Positions 47,946 to 60,848 of a stretch of DNA of 64,000 bases are shown here, in pieces. Both the position numbers and the translations under genes were made by a program. Below the pieces are notes generated by a model, which did not search any database, was not told the origin of the DNA, and was given only the letters and a program-made list of their open reading frames with translations. The DNA comes from Phallusia mammillata (taxonomy: Eukaryota): positions 21,700,001 to 21,764,000 of the forward strand of contig OZ281495.1 in the NCBI GenBank assembly GCA_965637545.1. Direction: 5' to 3'. The stretch's first letter is position 1. Each line of letters starts with the position of its first letter.

Positions 47946-48295
47946 TTTTATACAGTTGCTTTTCGTACACTTGTAGATTAAATCTAGCGCCTGCTAAAGA
48001 AATCGAGCTTAAAAGTACTAAAAGGTTGTCACTAGAAAATCTACACTCAATTCTGATCCTAAGCAGTTGCCATGCATACAGTCTGTCTGCCCACTAATTA
48101 ATTAATCTATTGATTAGTAAAGGAAGTGTGGTAATAGCGCAATGCGTGCTCACTCACTTGAAATCAGTCAGACCAAACATCAAATCAAGCCTCCTGCAAA
48201 CGCTTTATGATCGAAAACCTAACATATTTTAGTCCTATTCTTTAGTCAGTTTTGAAGTTATTTTAGCTGTAAGTTAACCTCGAAAACCCTCCATG

Positions 48296-48600
48296 CAGGG
48301 GTCGGCAACTCTTGGCACGCGTGCCACCCTTGAAGTGGTTTTTCATTGCACTTCAATAGATTTGCGTGTTTATCTTCAAGTAACAATTTAACCTATTACA
48401 CCGCTTGTTTATAGTTTTTATCGTGCCATTGTCCTAAAATTTAGCCTTACATGCACAAAACCAATCTGCTTTCTCTTTATCATTGATATCTGCTGGCACG
48501 AACCACTATTAGTTAGATAAACGTTGACACGCTAAGTCATTAACACATGGAAATAACAAGTAACTTGGCACGCGTCGCCCAAAAAGGTTGCCGACCCCAG
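48296..48600. mobile_element. hAT-type MITE (CAGGGGTCGGCAAC TIR, GGCACGCGTG subterminal motifs)
   Basis: TIRs present; homologous to 50521-50830 in the reverse orientation. Confidence 0.8.
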
Positions 48601-48742
48601 TATGAACAGAAATATTCAGCATGTTTAAGATAGCAAAAAGGTTTTGTATTTTGTACCACATAAAAATACTGACATAAAAAACGCCAAAAATTGTTTTCAT
48701 AAGGATTAAAAAAACACATTATAAATCGCTAAAACAAACATG

Positions 48743-51700
48743 TCAGCGTTTTTTCCCGTGCATTAATGTTAAGTCTCCCGCTCCGTTGCCACAAGCCGCC
48801 GAGGAGGTAGATTGCTTTCGAGGCGCACTTCGAAAAATTCCAGAGCCGGTAATGATCGAAGTTCGTCGAGCCATACTTCGTAATGGAGACAGCCACACCT
48901 TACGCATGTCAGAACGCCGAACCGAGGTTAGAATAAAAATAGCGAAGCCCTGTGAAAAATAGCGGACGTTGGACATTTATTACGAACCTAATAATTAGTT
49001 TACTGTATCTTCCGTTTTCGCCACTTAAGAAGACTGTTTTTTAAGACTTTACAAAAGATATAAATTAAACGTTTCTATTTACGGATAAAATTAAAATTTA
49101 ATTATATTTTAATGACCTGACCCGTTTGGTTAGTCGGAACTGCATGGTTTAACAGGGTATAATGTAGCAAACATTAATTTGTTTTAAAAACTTACACAAA
49201 CCGGCAGCGATAAAAAAGCATGATGTGCCAGTGTAGCCTACTGTGCAGACAACGCATGATGTTGTGTTTCACCTGAAGTGTGCAAAGGACAGCAAATAGC
49301 CAACTAGTGATAGTCTCGAAAAGCTGATCGTCTGATATCAACACAATGTATCCTGACGCCCACGTAAGCCCAAGCATTGACGTCATAGTAACAGCTATAA
49401 TAAGGTTTTGCTTTGCTGTGCGTCGGAGCTCACGTGATCTCGCCTGCAAATAAGCCATGCCATTTACGGTGGTCAAATTGCGTTAAGGCTTGTTTGATTT
49501 ACTTATGACTGTTTAATTGCATCAATTGCGTGTGTTTTGGCGTAATACAAATCCATTGTACCTTTGTTTACAACCTTCAGTTTCACAAAATGAGGTAAGT
49601 ACTTAGTAACCGTAGATAGAACCTTGGTATTTTTTTCAAAAACATAATTCGTGCGTTTTACCAGATTCATACAAACGAACCCAATAGAATGGTTTTAAAT
49701 ATGTACACTTTTCAAATTATATAGCATTGAGCGCGTGTAAATAGTGCTCACTTGACATTAATATATGGATATTTGATATGGTGGCATGCCTACTGGTGGC
49801 AAATTAAGCCCGCGCTAAACCCTGGACGCCTTTTTTGCATAATAAGTGGTATACCATATTTTGCATGAACAAAGAAAACAAAATGCCTTGGTATACAATA
49901 TAGTTAGGTACAATAGCTAGGTATGTATCGTGGTTTTCACTAGCTTTTAAAACCCTTGAATATTTGTATACTCTACCATTCTACCATTCTACCATTTACC
50001 CTGCATTCTCGTTAGAATCAAGACAGAAAGAAATCGTTCACACTGTTTTACAAACCTGTGAATTATTACACGAGAGCTCATAGGTGACTCGACAGAACAC
50101 CACGCAATTGTAAACCAACATGATGCCAATGGGAGCTAAAAACCCAAAATAAAGCGAGTATTTGTGAAGCCAACACATGTTTGGAGCTCGGTAATATGAC
50201 TCAAGTAGAAGATCGTCTCCTGTGACACAATAAATACATGATTAGACTCGGAGTGGGGTTGAGCATTTTGGGGACATTTCGAGTTTAAACAAATAGACCT
50301 CGGTCTGACTTCACACTCGGTCACATTTGTATCGCATTGCTTTGGTAATGTCGGGCCTAAGTAAGGTTTTACTCAATAGAATTAAGTATGGATCGAGTTT
50401 GTTAGGCTATGGTGCATGAAGAGCAAGCCCAGAATAAACTCGAACCGAACCCAATGTACAGTAATTAAAGCCCTTTTCGACTGGGGGTTTATTCATTTAA
50501 ATAATTTGGTATGTATAGGCCAGGGGTCGGCAACCTTTTAGGCGACGCGTGTCAATTTACTTGTTATTTCTATGTGGTAATGACCTCGCGTGCCAACGTT
50601 TTTCTAAATAATAGTGGTTCGTGCAAGCAGATATCAATAATAAAGAGAAGTCAGCGTGTTTTGTGCATGCAAGGCTAAATTTTAAGATAATAGCTTGATA
50701 AAAACTATAAACAAGCAGTGTAACAGGTTAAATTGTTACTTCAATATAAACACCCAAATCGGTTGGCGTGTCATGAAAAAACACCTTGCGTGCCAAGGTT
50801 GGCACGCGTGCCAGGGGTTGCCGACCCCTGTTATAGGCCTTAATGAAAGTTTACATATTGTCTGCATACTCAATAACACTATACATATTTTTATGTGCAT
50901 ACACTATTGTGTAAAAAAAATTAAGAAGCGAAACAGGAATAAAATAGTATACCTGGAGTACATAGACCGCTCACTCGCTGTTGATCAAAGTAGCCAATCG
51001 CAATACCCGCTGTGATAATGACAATTGCAAGAGGTAGCCCGTATGCGTACAACATACAAAGTTGCAAAAAGCGTCGCGGTCGTTCGTCAAACACCTGTTG
51101 TTAAAAAGACGTTCAAAAAGGCACTTTTGCCAAAGGAAACTGATAGGAACGGCATGTTGCAATAGATTTATTTATGAGTTTTTTTTAGTTGTATCGTATA
51201 AATGGTAAAGACATAATATTCCCGACGTTGTGACAATTTCTAATGCAATAAACCATATACCCCTGGAATCGTGTATAGTGTTAATTTTTTTAACGGGCAA
51301 TAAACTGAAAAGGTGCAATAATAGTGGAAAAGTTGGCCTATACAGACAAATACACTTTTTACAAGGGACAGTGGTACTGAAAATGTACCTTTACTAGTGA
51401 CTTGTACATGTCGTAGCTGTAGACGTTCATCCAGCACCATGATGTAAGAAGGAAGTAATGAAGTAAGGCAGTAGCAAGTAAACAGCCGTACATGTTGCTC
51501 GTTTGGCCGATCGCAACCACGAATATAAGATACGTGATAAAAAGGTTGCAACAAATGTGGATTACGATTTTAACAGGACGTCGCTGTCGGATTTCTCTGT
51601 TGTTAAAATTGATACAATTGTAATGTTAAAATCAAATATACCTGCTTGAAGCCGACTGGTTCATTCCTATGGATGATAAAACCCCACATTAATAGTACTG

Positions 51701-54700
51701 CAGGAACCGTTTGATCACAAACTAAGGTTAGCAAAATGTAGACTACAAGGCAAAAAACGTTTCAACATTGCTGCGTGTTTTGTTTTTTTAATTTAAAACA
51801 TTTAACTGTGTACAGACAGTTTTGGGTAGCCTATATCATTATTCAAAAGTGATGATTTATCCACTCATTTTACACAGGTTCAAAGAAGGAACATAACCAA
51901 CTTGCGTACCGGTCAATAAGGTGCACAATTACAGTCAACAATAACCCAACCATAGAAAGGATGCATCCCACGTCACTCACAAGAGAAAGCGCAATATCGG
52001 AAGCCACCACATCTGACTTCTACAACGCAAAATAATCCATCAGTAGACGTTTTTTTCAGCTTTGTCTCTTAATGTATCTATACGCCGTAACAATCAATTT
52101 TGTTACAAATACCTGTGACTTAGATCAGTGACTCACAAAAACTTAATTTTGCTATTTTCCAAGACACATGGGGATGCATTTTTATCTGCAAACAGTAAAG
52201 CTTTTCGTTTTTTTTTAATTCGCTGTGCCCTTTTCGGAGTTTATTCGGGCTGTTGACCAATCAATATTATTTTGGCCGAACTTTTAGTGCGAGTCCTTTT
52301 TAGCCAGACAACTTGTGACGTCACAAACATAAACAGCGTTAACACGTTAAAACAAGCTGTTGTGAAATTATTATTGCGCAACAGTATATAAAGCAGAGGG
52401 AAAAAAGGTACTTTACAAAACTGGTCACCCAAAATAATTTCCAGGTCACAAATCACGTTTTTGGGAAACACTGCTTCAATTCAATTAATGTGTTGAGAAG
52501 ATTATTGGTAAACATACGTAGGCTGCAATACACTTACAACAATCACAGCAAAATTTGTGAGATGGTGGCATCTGCACTCTGGTGCTCCTGTATCGGAGAT
52601 GTGTAGGCAACATCCTTCAGAGCTCCACCGACGAAAATTTTGATCCCAGTACACGCATCTACTTAATGTGCGTAAGGACTGTATGGTAATAAAAACAACA
52701 CGTAAGCATAATAATAATCAGGAAAGAAAAAATCTGTCACTTGCCTTTAAGGTGTTTTCTGTCACGGGAGTTTTGCCGTACTTTAATAGCTCGTCCAGAC
52801 GTTGTATTCGAACTGGTTCAGTAAGATTGTTTAGCTCCAAATCGACGCCAACATCGATTGACATCACCTAACGGAATTAGCAAACTTTCACGCTTTTCAT
52901 TTTTGTCATTGCTCTGAACGGTAGAGCTACTAACGTAAGAACTCAAATTACAAAAAAAGTTTGCTCATATCCAATAGAGAGCGTAAAGAACACAGTTATT
53001 TAAATTAACAATGAGACTGGGACAGGGTTAGAAACTGATTTAACGTCAGGAACTAAGTTTAGAAGTTGGTTTTGTTGTTATTATTATTGTGAACCACGCC
53101 TTAACCGCATGAGCTCTAACCGTCAGCATTTTCACACAATTTGCTTTTAAATATTTGCAATTGCTCTTTGAGCCATCCATCGATATTCGCAAATTTGTGT
53201 GATGTGAGTTCTTAAGTTATTAGAATTTCTGTTCTGAAGCCAGTTATAAATTCCACTTGCTTACCGAATCGACATGGTCCTGGTCTGAATAGAACAGTGT
53301 GTCGTCATAGTAGTAGATAAAGGAACTTCTTACGCTTTGCCAACTTCTTGACTGTCTTTGTTGGCCAGATGACAGTAACGCCGCCTGTTGTAGAACGCTT
53401 CCGGGAACAATGACACGGATGTGTTCATGGGTGTTTGTTCCGTTTGCATTGTTTTCAAAAGTTACTGCCGAAGAAACGTCGGTATTCTCGGAAACCTGTT
53501 AAAAAGGTAGTTCAGTTTAACACAAAATAATTATGTCTTCCTTAAAATTTACAAGCGAAAAATTTAAAATTAAGGTAAAGCACACTTGAAGCAGCAAAAA
53601 TGTCTCTAAAACGATCATTTACGTGTTTAATTTAACTAGATTAAATGCACAGTGGAGTATACTTTAAAACACTGAAAACATTCAACCGAAAGTGTAACAT
53701 CAAACTGACAAAGAAATGCAGTGAGTCGCAGGGAACAATAAGTCATGTCATTAGGTTTTACAAAACAAATCGGGTGATATTCAAATCGTGTATCATTTTA
53801 AAGAAAACTCACCGTACGTGTAAACCCAAATAAAGTGTAAACCCAATTACCTGTAAATCCAGGGATTCTGAAAACAGTCGGAACAAAGACGCGTTTTTTA
53901 ATTTGAACCTCTGGGCAAGTTTAGAGAGAGAATAAGCGAGTTCCTGTTGTTCGACATGCTGCTTAGCAACTGTATCATGTGAAGCATTTTGTTCATCTGT
54001 ATCATATGTAGCATTTGCCCATGCGCGAGAAACCAGGTCATTTGCAAGCAACGCAATGTTGGTAAAGGCATTCTCGCTCACCTAAAAAAATTGGTTAAAA
54101 TTTTGTGAATCGGTTTATAGTTAAGCAGTAAGTACATCTTAGTCATAAAACCTATATTGAAACAAAATCTGAAAATATGTTTTACCTGAACATTTTTGTT
54201 TTCCGCATTGATTCTGACGTAGGCCACGAAGGCAACAACTGATGACCTTTCTTCTGACGTCAGACTCGCCTTGGTAAGCGTAAAATTAAGCAAGTGTCCA
54301 CTGAGATAATCAATATCGACCTTTGACGTTTCGTTGTTTAGCACCTTAAAACACAACAACGCTATTCAATTGTAAGATATAACACGACATGTGACTATTC
54401 CAAAAGAGTGTTTTAGAGAAGTGCCAAAACTGCAAACATGATACATCCGATAAACAGAGAAGAATTGTTATTACGTCGAAGCAAAATAATAGCAAAACTT
54501 TTGAAACTGTAAAAAAAATGTACTGAATTTGCAGTTTGGTCTGCTCTAGGATATAACACAATAGCCTAGAAAAACTTTCCTCAATGAATGAAATCTCCTT
54601 GCAAGTACAGCAAGCGACTGCGGCCATTCAGGGTCTTGAATTCAATATACAGCGACTGATTTAGTGTTTTTACTATAAATTCTTTTGTGAATAATAGTAT

Positions 54701-56692
54701 ATATCTACGTTTTTCACAAGCGATGTGATCTTCTTCTCGCAGTCAAATATGCGCAAAGTTGACGTCATTAGCCTGTAGCGGCCTCGGTATGGCCCCTCTC
54801 CGCAGGACTCATCGTACAAACAAGATATAATAGCTTTTGGAAATTCTACAGAAAATCTCGTTGGTTATCAATTGTCATGAATAACTGTACGATGCATATC
54901 AGTTTAATATGCTGATTCTTCTTTGTTTAAAGTTTCGACTAGCACCGACTAGGTATTGTTGAAAGCTTGATTCAATATATTTGGTTGTTGTCAGCGGAAT
55001 GTCACGCGTTGTTTAGCAATACTGTGAACATTTAGGTTCGCGCCGGGTTCGAAATTAAGTTTAAATAATAGTTAGATGCGAAATTGACTTCACACGCGGC
55101 CAAATTTGAGTCGTAATTTTACTTTGGTAAATAGAAAATCTAAATTTTCGAGTTTGGTGCTGTGGGATTGTTATTTCAGGCGCGTTTACAATTTTTAGTT
55201 GCAAATTCTAAATCTTCTAAATATAAGGTAACACAATAATTTTGTTACCTGAATTTGGACATTTCTCTCGGGATTCTGCAATTGAACTTGTTGAAAAAAC
55301 TTCGAAATAATATTCCCTTGTTGAAGACACCCTAATAGTCTTGGACTTACATTTATCTATAAGCAACAGATCAACAGAATTATATTAGGCATTAGAGATT
55401 GAACTAGGACTGCCATCATCATTATAATTTCGAAATACTTAGAAAAGATAACCGCCTCGTTGGAAATTTAGCTTCATACAAATTTCTCTGCTCTGGCACA
55501 GAAATGAAATCCCTATTTTCTATTTAACTTTTTTACAAAAACTTAAAAACGTTCATGCTTTGTAATATACGTAGCCTATCCGATAATTTTTTTATGTAAA
55601 ACATTCGACCCTGCCCCAGTCTAAAGCAAACCATCGCAAAACTGTATGTTTTTGATACCTGACTTATAAAGTAACAGTTGCCTGATGGATTATTGTATTT
55701 ATGTTTTTTAATTTTACCTGGTGACATTCGTAAGTGCCTCGCTAAGCATTTGCACTCTTTTGTTGTTTCACCATCTTGCTGCTGGCATTGTAGAGTTGTA
55801 TTTAAACAAGGCAAACTATTATTGCAGCTTTCTATTCCTGTCAATCAATACAAAGTGTTTGAAAAGTTAGTTTGACCGATACTACATCGTTTGCATACCT
55901 GGGTCGGTTTGGTTGAGGCAGGAATACTCACAAGCGTTTTCTTCATGTTCGCAGCATATCACGTCATCCTTACTAACATTTCCAGAAGATACGACCGGAT
56001 TCGACACTGAAAAAAATAACATTTATTTCAAATGTTCTTGCGAAACACTGCTTTGGCTAAACTATAACATTATAAAATTCGTAACCACCGAACTGAAGAA
56101 TGTGTCGCTGAAACGTCACCCACACTCGAAATAATAGTTGTAAAGCTTGCCTAGGCCATTACAACAGCAACGACAATTTCCCCCCCAAATTACCTAATAG
56201 CCTAATTTAAAAGGGTTGAATTTAGCGTACTGCTTTGAACAGAAAGTTATACATCAGAAGCTTTTACATTTCTAAGCCTTTATGTGCCCAAAATTGGCAA
56301 CTTTTAAAAACGCGAAGCCTATTTAACTTGAGTTCAATTTGGCATGAGTGCTGTTGCGCAATTGGCTCGCGGAAGTAGAAACTTGACCAGGTCAATTTTA
56401 GACGTAAAAAGCCAATTCAAATGATCTAACCTTTTATCATAGCTGCGCTGTATATAGTCTTGCACAATAAACACATCACGAAACTAACCAGGTTGACAAT
56501 CGTTGCACAGAATCTGAACTGTTTAAACTTTACACAACCGTTTTGTGTGGCACGCTTATTATAACATGAAGTGAGCTTATGTTTGACATTGACATTCTAC
56601 AATGAACAAAACAAAATGCGATTAATTTTAGGGTACTAACCTGCAATTCTAATAACAACACATAGCACCAAAACAGCATAACAAGCATTCAT
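48743..56692 (-). CDS. Adhesion GPCR paralog A (most divergent; short Cys-rich N-terminus, GAIN, 7TM)
   Basis: Signal exon 56641-56692 MNACYAVLVLCVVIRIA. GAIN exons 54186-54344, 53851-54081, 53265-53495, 52745-52867. GPS exon 52538-52678 (CVYW...GCC...CRCHHLTNFAVIV). TM exons 51910-52019, 51389-51596, 50953-51094, 50056-50219, 49273-49443; last exon 48743-48949. Exon order between 54700 and 56010 is only partly resolved. Confidence 0.9.
50521..50830. mobile_element. hAT-type MITE, same family as 48296
   Basis: CAGGGGTCGGCAACC...GGTTGCCGACCCCTG; TSD GTATAGGC/TTATAGGC (7 of 8 match). Confidence 0.85.
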
Positions 56693-57426
56693 AGTGTTGA
56701 CAACAAACTTTTGACTCGTTTCAGAAGTAAAAATCATCAAATGAAGCGTCCCTGCGCAAAACACATGTCTTTGTCGCGTTTACTACCGTCACAACCAGCT
56801 ATGACGAAGAGCTGACGCGTGGTAGTCCCTTCTTCCGGTTATCGCATCGAGCAACAAATCATCGATGCTGATTCAAGCAGAATAAGGTAAAAGAAAGTTT
56901 ACTTGGTACCTATGCTATTCACATACGCATCCAATGACAACGCCTGCCTTCCCGAATGTTACGAGACGCTTGAAACGCTATAAAAGGCTTGCACTGATTT
57001 GCGCCACCTGCCAATCTTCCACTCAAAACATCTGTTCGGACCGGATTTGGCCACTAGCAACATTGCAAAACGTGGTGTGAACGGATGTTTCTTTACTATT
57101 TGACCAAATTGTGGTAAAGACGCGGTGTGAAAATTATGCGAGTAACATTGACACATTTTTTAAATCATGCGACTATATTGGAATTGGTCCTTGGGTTGTG
57201 TACACACTACCTGGTGATGGGCAAATATATTTTTTGGGAAAATTTTTTTCACTCATATATGCCACATCCAGAATATCTTTATTTTTTTACCCACATTACC
57301 ACAACGCTAACCACCTGCAGTAAACATGTAGGCTATCGCAGAGAAAATGAAATGACAAAAGTATAATGCAAAAAACGAGTGTATTTCGCAGAAAAAAGAA
57401 AGCGATATAGATTTGTAGGCACCGAC

Positions 57427-57990
57427 CAAGGTACTGAAGAGCTACTAACACCATAACGAGAATCAGAACTTCGCTTTCGTAAAAAGCTGAATTTTTATTT
57501 AGCGGCTATAAATGGATTGGGTTGGGAAATATTTACATAAATTTTTTACATTAGTAACTAATTATTTGGGTTAGTTTTATTGAATTTTAAGTGCTAATAC
57601 CTTACCCCGATCCTAATAGCCCTAACCGTGAGCATTTTTGGAGATATAACCAATCAAATTTGGGGGTAGATTCTCGTTATGGTGTTAGTAGCTCTACCCC
57701 AAGGTACAGCAACTATCACCATAACTCATGTCAGTCCACATAAAAGATAGGTGGCGTATGAGCCGAATTATTTATTTAGCGGCTAAACAGGGGTAGGTTG
57801 GGAAGTTAAGTTTTTTAATTTTTATATCAGGAACCTAATTTTGGAGTTAGTTTCTTTGAATTTTTAGTGATAACACCTAAACCCAACCCTATTGAGATAT
57901 GCAGTTTTTAATAAGGATTTGTGCTCTTTGCGCCACGTATCAAAAGTTAGCTAAATTTTTGGCTGACGTGAGTTATGGTGTAAGTAGAAT
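57427..57990. mobile_element. Two adjacent related foldback/MITE elements
   Basis: Perfect 26-bp IR at 57439-57464 / 57669-57694. A second, imperfect IR (CACCATAACTCATGTCAG / CTGACGTGAGTTATGGTG) spans ~57715-57980. Both units are preceded by CAAGGTAC. Confidence 0.7.
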
Positions 57991-59587
57991 TTTCATAGAC
58001 CGAAGCCATGGAAGTTGCTCCTATTTCTATTTACCCAATGAAGCGCGTCTTTTGCTTGTAAAAATATCATTAGTGTGATCGTTGCAACGATAAAATTTAG
58101 TTATCAGATTTTTTTAATCTTAGATTTTAGTGTCCTGTGGACTAGTTCCTGTATCCGGACTTAATGACAGCTTGTGGTATTTGTGATGGTATTTACCAAT
58201 ACCTAACAAGTCGTTGTAGTGGTGGAAATTTATGATGAGCAGTTTCTCCGTTTTCATATTTTTTTACGGGGATCTAAGAGTCATGTGCTTAAGATCTAAA
58301 AATCTTATGTAAAAACTGTAGATTTATATTTTGGATTTTCCGTGTGTGTAATTTGATTTCCATGTTATCGTGGAATCGTTGTCCAATCCAATCCAATGAG
58401 AGGAGCTAAGCGGCTAAATAAAGCCACAACTAAAATCAAACAATTTGTTTGCTCTATTTGTAATGAAAAAGTTAGTCAGCAAAAATAGCTGCATCTTAAA
58501 ATGGCTCTTAATGTTTTATAATTTTTCAAGAACATCAAAAATGCGGTTATTGATAAATTACTTACTGATAAAAAAATTAAAAGGTTATTTTGGTGCTAAT
58601 GGTTACAATTTCACAAGCTATTCTAAACTTTCCAATGCCTCATGACCTGACTTCCAAAAACATATTTTGAACAAGCAGCTTTGGTTTTGATTATATGTAG
58701 CATATTTTCTGCATCAAGGGTAAAGCCATGAGCTGTCTATGTTTATTCCATTTCCATAACATACGTCATTGAAGAAATGTTACTTAGTCATTTTAAAATG
58801 ATTTGTTTTAACATGGTGATGATCGTGTTAACTTGCAATTGTTTTAAATCTAAACTAATGGAGACTAAAACACATGAGTGTATTTCACAATGTTCTTTGA
58901 ATAGAATGAAGCATGTCTCTTTTTACTTTTATTTGGGCCATTATTTTTTAGCATTAAACTTATGAATAGGTCTGTAGATAGTGTTCCAAATAATCATGTT
59001 GGTTTGCTGAAGTCTGTTGAAAATGTGGTTTGTCTAAATTGAATGGTACAATAATAATTTGTTACAAAGTTGCTATAGCAGTATTTCAAAAACATGTGAA
59101 ATGCGTAGCATTTCATTAACAATTCTGTTATGTGCCTTTGACCCTGTGTCCCCTTTTTACAATTTTTTATCCAGATGAAAAAAAATTGCTAAACATTATG
59201 TTAGTGTTTGTTTCTACAGTGTTAAAAGACTTAGTTATCATTACTGGTTGTCCCAGTCTGCAGAATATGACAGTTAACGACATCCCCATGTGTTAGATAA
59301 ATTTGACCAGGCAGTACGTTGGTGCTAAATTTTCAAGTGTATTAAAAAGATGGGGCAAAAATGACATTAACTCACTTGTGGAGCTGCAACGCTCTGCAGA
59401 CTTGATGTGAGCAATTGTGGAGAAAGAAGTTGTGCACTAAAATAAATATCGGTTATTTTTCTTTAGGGTAAATAGTCAAGATAAAGGTGAAAGACCAAAG
59501 TGTGTGATTGAATAGTTAAAAAAACCTGACAAACAATTATTTTGAAGTGCAGTAAAAATATAAAGCCAGTTTTCCATTGAGGGTTAG

Positions 59588-59676
59588 ATGGAACAATGAA
59601 TGTTAATCAAACTCAAATGACTCAACTGCAACAGCAAGCATTTAACATACTATCATCAAATCATGCAAAAGATGTG
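59588..59676 (+). CDS. Candidate upstream Gln-rich exon of the POU2 gene
   Basis: tag|...|gtaag flanked, reads GTMNVNQTQMTQLQQQAFNILSSNHAKDV. Its end phase (0) does not match the start phase (1) of the 60849 exon, so an unidentified intervening exon is needed. Confidence 0.4.
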
Positions 59677-60848
59677 GTAAGTAGTAGTACTACTTGGTCA
59701 AACCCGGTCAAAATACAATTCCTAGTCATTCCCAGTAAACTATTCAAAAACTATATTTACTTGGTATACGTTTGATTTAAAATACATTAAAAGAAAAATC
59801 ATGTCAAATAATTTTTATGTTTCAAGTTTTTTTCAGGAAAAGTAAACTGAAAAATGTAAAGGTTAATGTTGGTCAAATATTTGTCACAAGCACAATGCAA
59901 ATAAAGTAAAACCCATGCCAATATTGGAGTCATTTTGCACTTGGGTCTTCTTAATCGCTTGAGGCAGGCTTGAGCTAGCACAAAACAACAAAAACTGCCT
60001 GAGGACCTATATTAGCATTCACTGTGCTGTCATCATCACTAAATCCTCCCAACAAGTAGCAATCAAGGAACTGTAGTATGAGCCCTTCACCATACCAGTG
60101 AGGTGACCATATCCCATCTCATTTACATGTTAGACATAACCTCATTTGCATATTATATGGGTGCCTACTCAGAAGTGATGTCTTATTACCGGCCACTCGT
60201 GTGTTGTGACTGTGCATGTGTCCATCCTGGGCTCAGCGTGCCAGACAGACATGACTCCATGAAATAGCTGTTGTAAAGTTTTTTGTTTGTTTGTGTAATT
60301 TTACTAGTTTTCATATACCATTAAAAGTAACAAGGTTTTTTTGTGTAGCCTGCTAAACAAGGTAATTTGGCTCGTACAGAAGTTTTTCAAGCAATTTCAG
60401 GATTAGTTTCCAAAGATATCAACGGTCAGTGCTACCATAGTATATCTTTTTGTTTTTTGTTTTTTAATTTGGCTTGTACAGAACTGAGTTTTTAAAAGAA
60501 AGTAGGATTAGTTTTGCTACAGGTTATAAAAATTGACCACAAATAGGTTTCTCGAAATTTTACCTAGTTTTCAAGGTATGTAAGTTGTATTTATGCGACA
60601 TAAATTGCCATCAGGTATTGAGAATTTCTCTCAGACTTCTTTAAGTGCCACTCTTTGTCAGTTTAAAAGCTGCACATCAGTAATTTTCTGTAATTGACAT
60701 TTGTGAATGGTAAGGTGGCACCGCTTTGAAGATCAACCAATTATCTGTCTAACTCGGAGAGCATTTTTTGCAATATTTTTTGGCTTTGTCAACAATCAGT
60801 ATGAAATGTTCAGGACTCGTTTTTTACTTGAAAATGTTTATCTTTCAG

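Noticed and set aside
51389-51596. Apparent frameshift or pseudogenisation of gene A TM2-3 (absent from the ORF track)
   Set aside because: Recounting the T-run gives CCNLFITYLIF in frame; the exon is 208 nt as in all paralogs.
57111-57323. 70-aa plus-strand ORF with WVVYTLPGDGQIYFL, reminiscent of a beta/gamma-crystallin motif
   Set aside because: Single short motif with wrong spacing, TTG start and no supporting exon structure; likely chance.
60144-60151. Isolated octamer ATTTGCAT upstream of the POU exons
   Set aside because: Several such 8-mers are expected by chance in 64 kb at this base composition.
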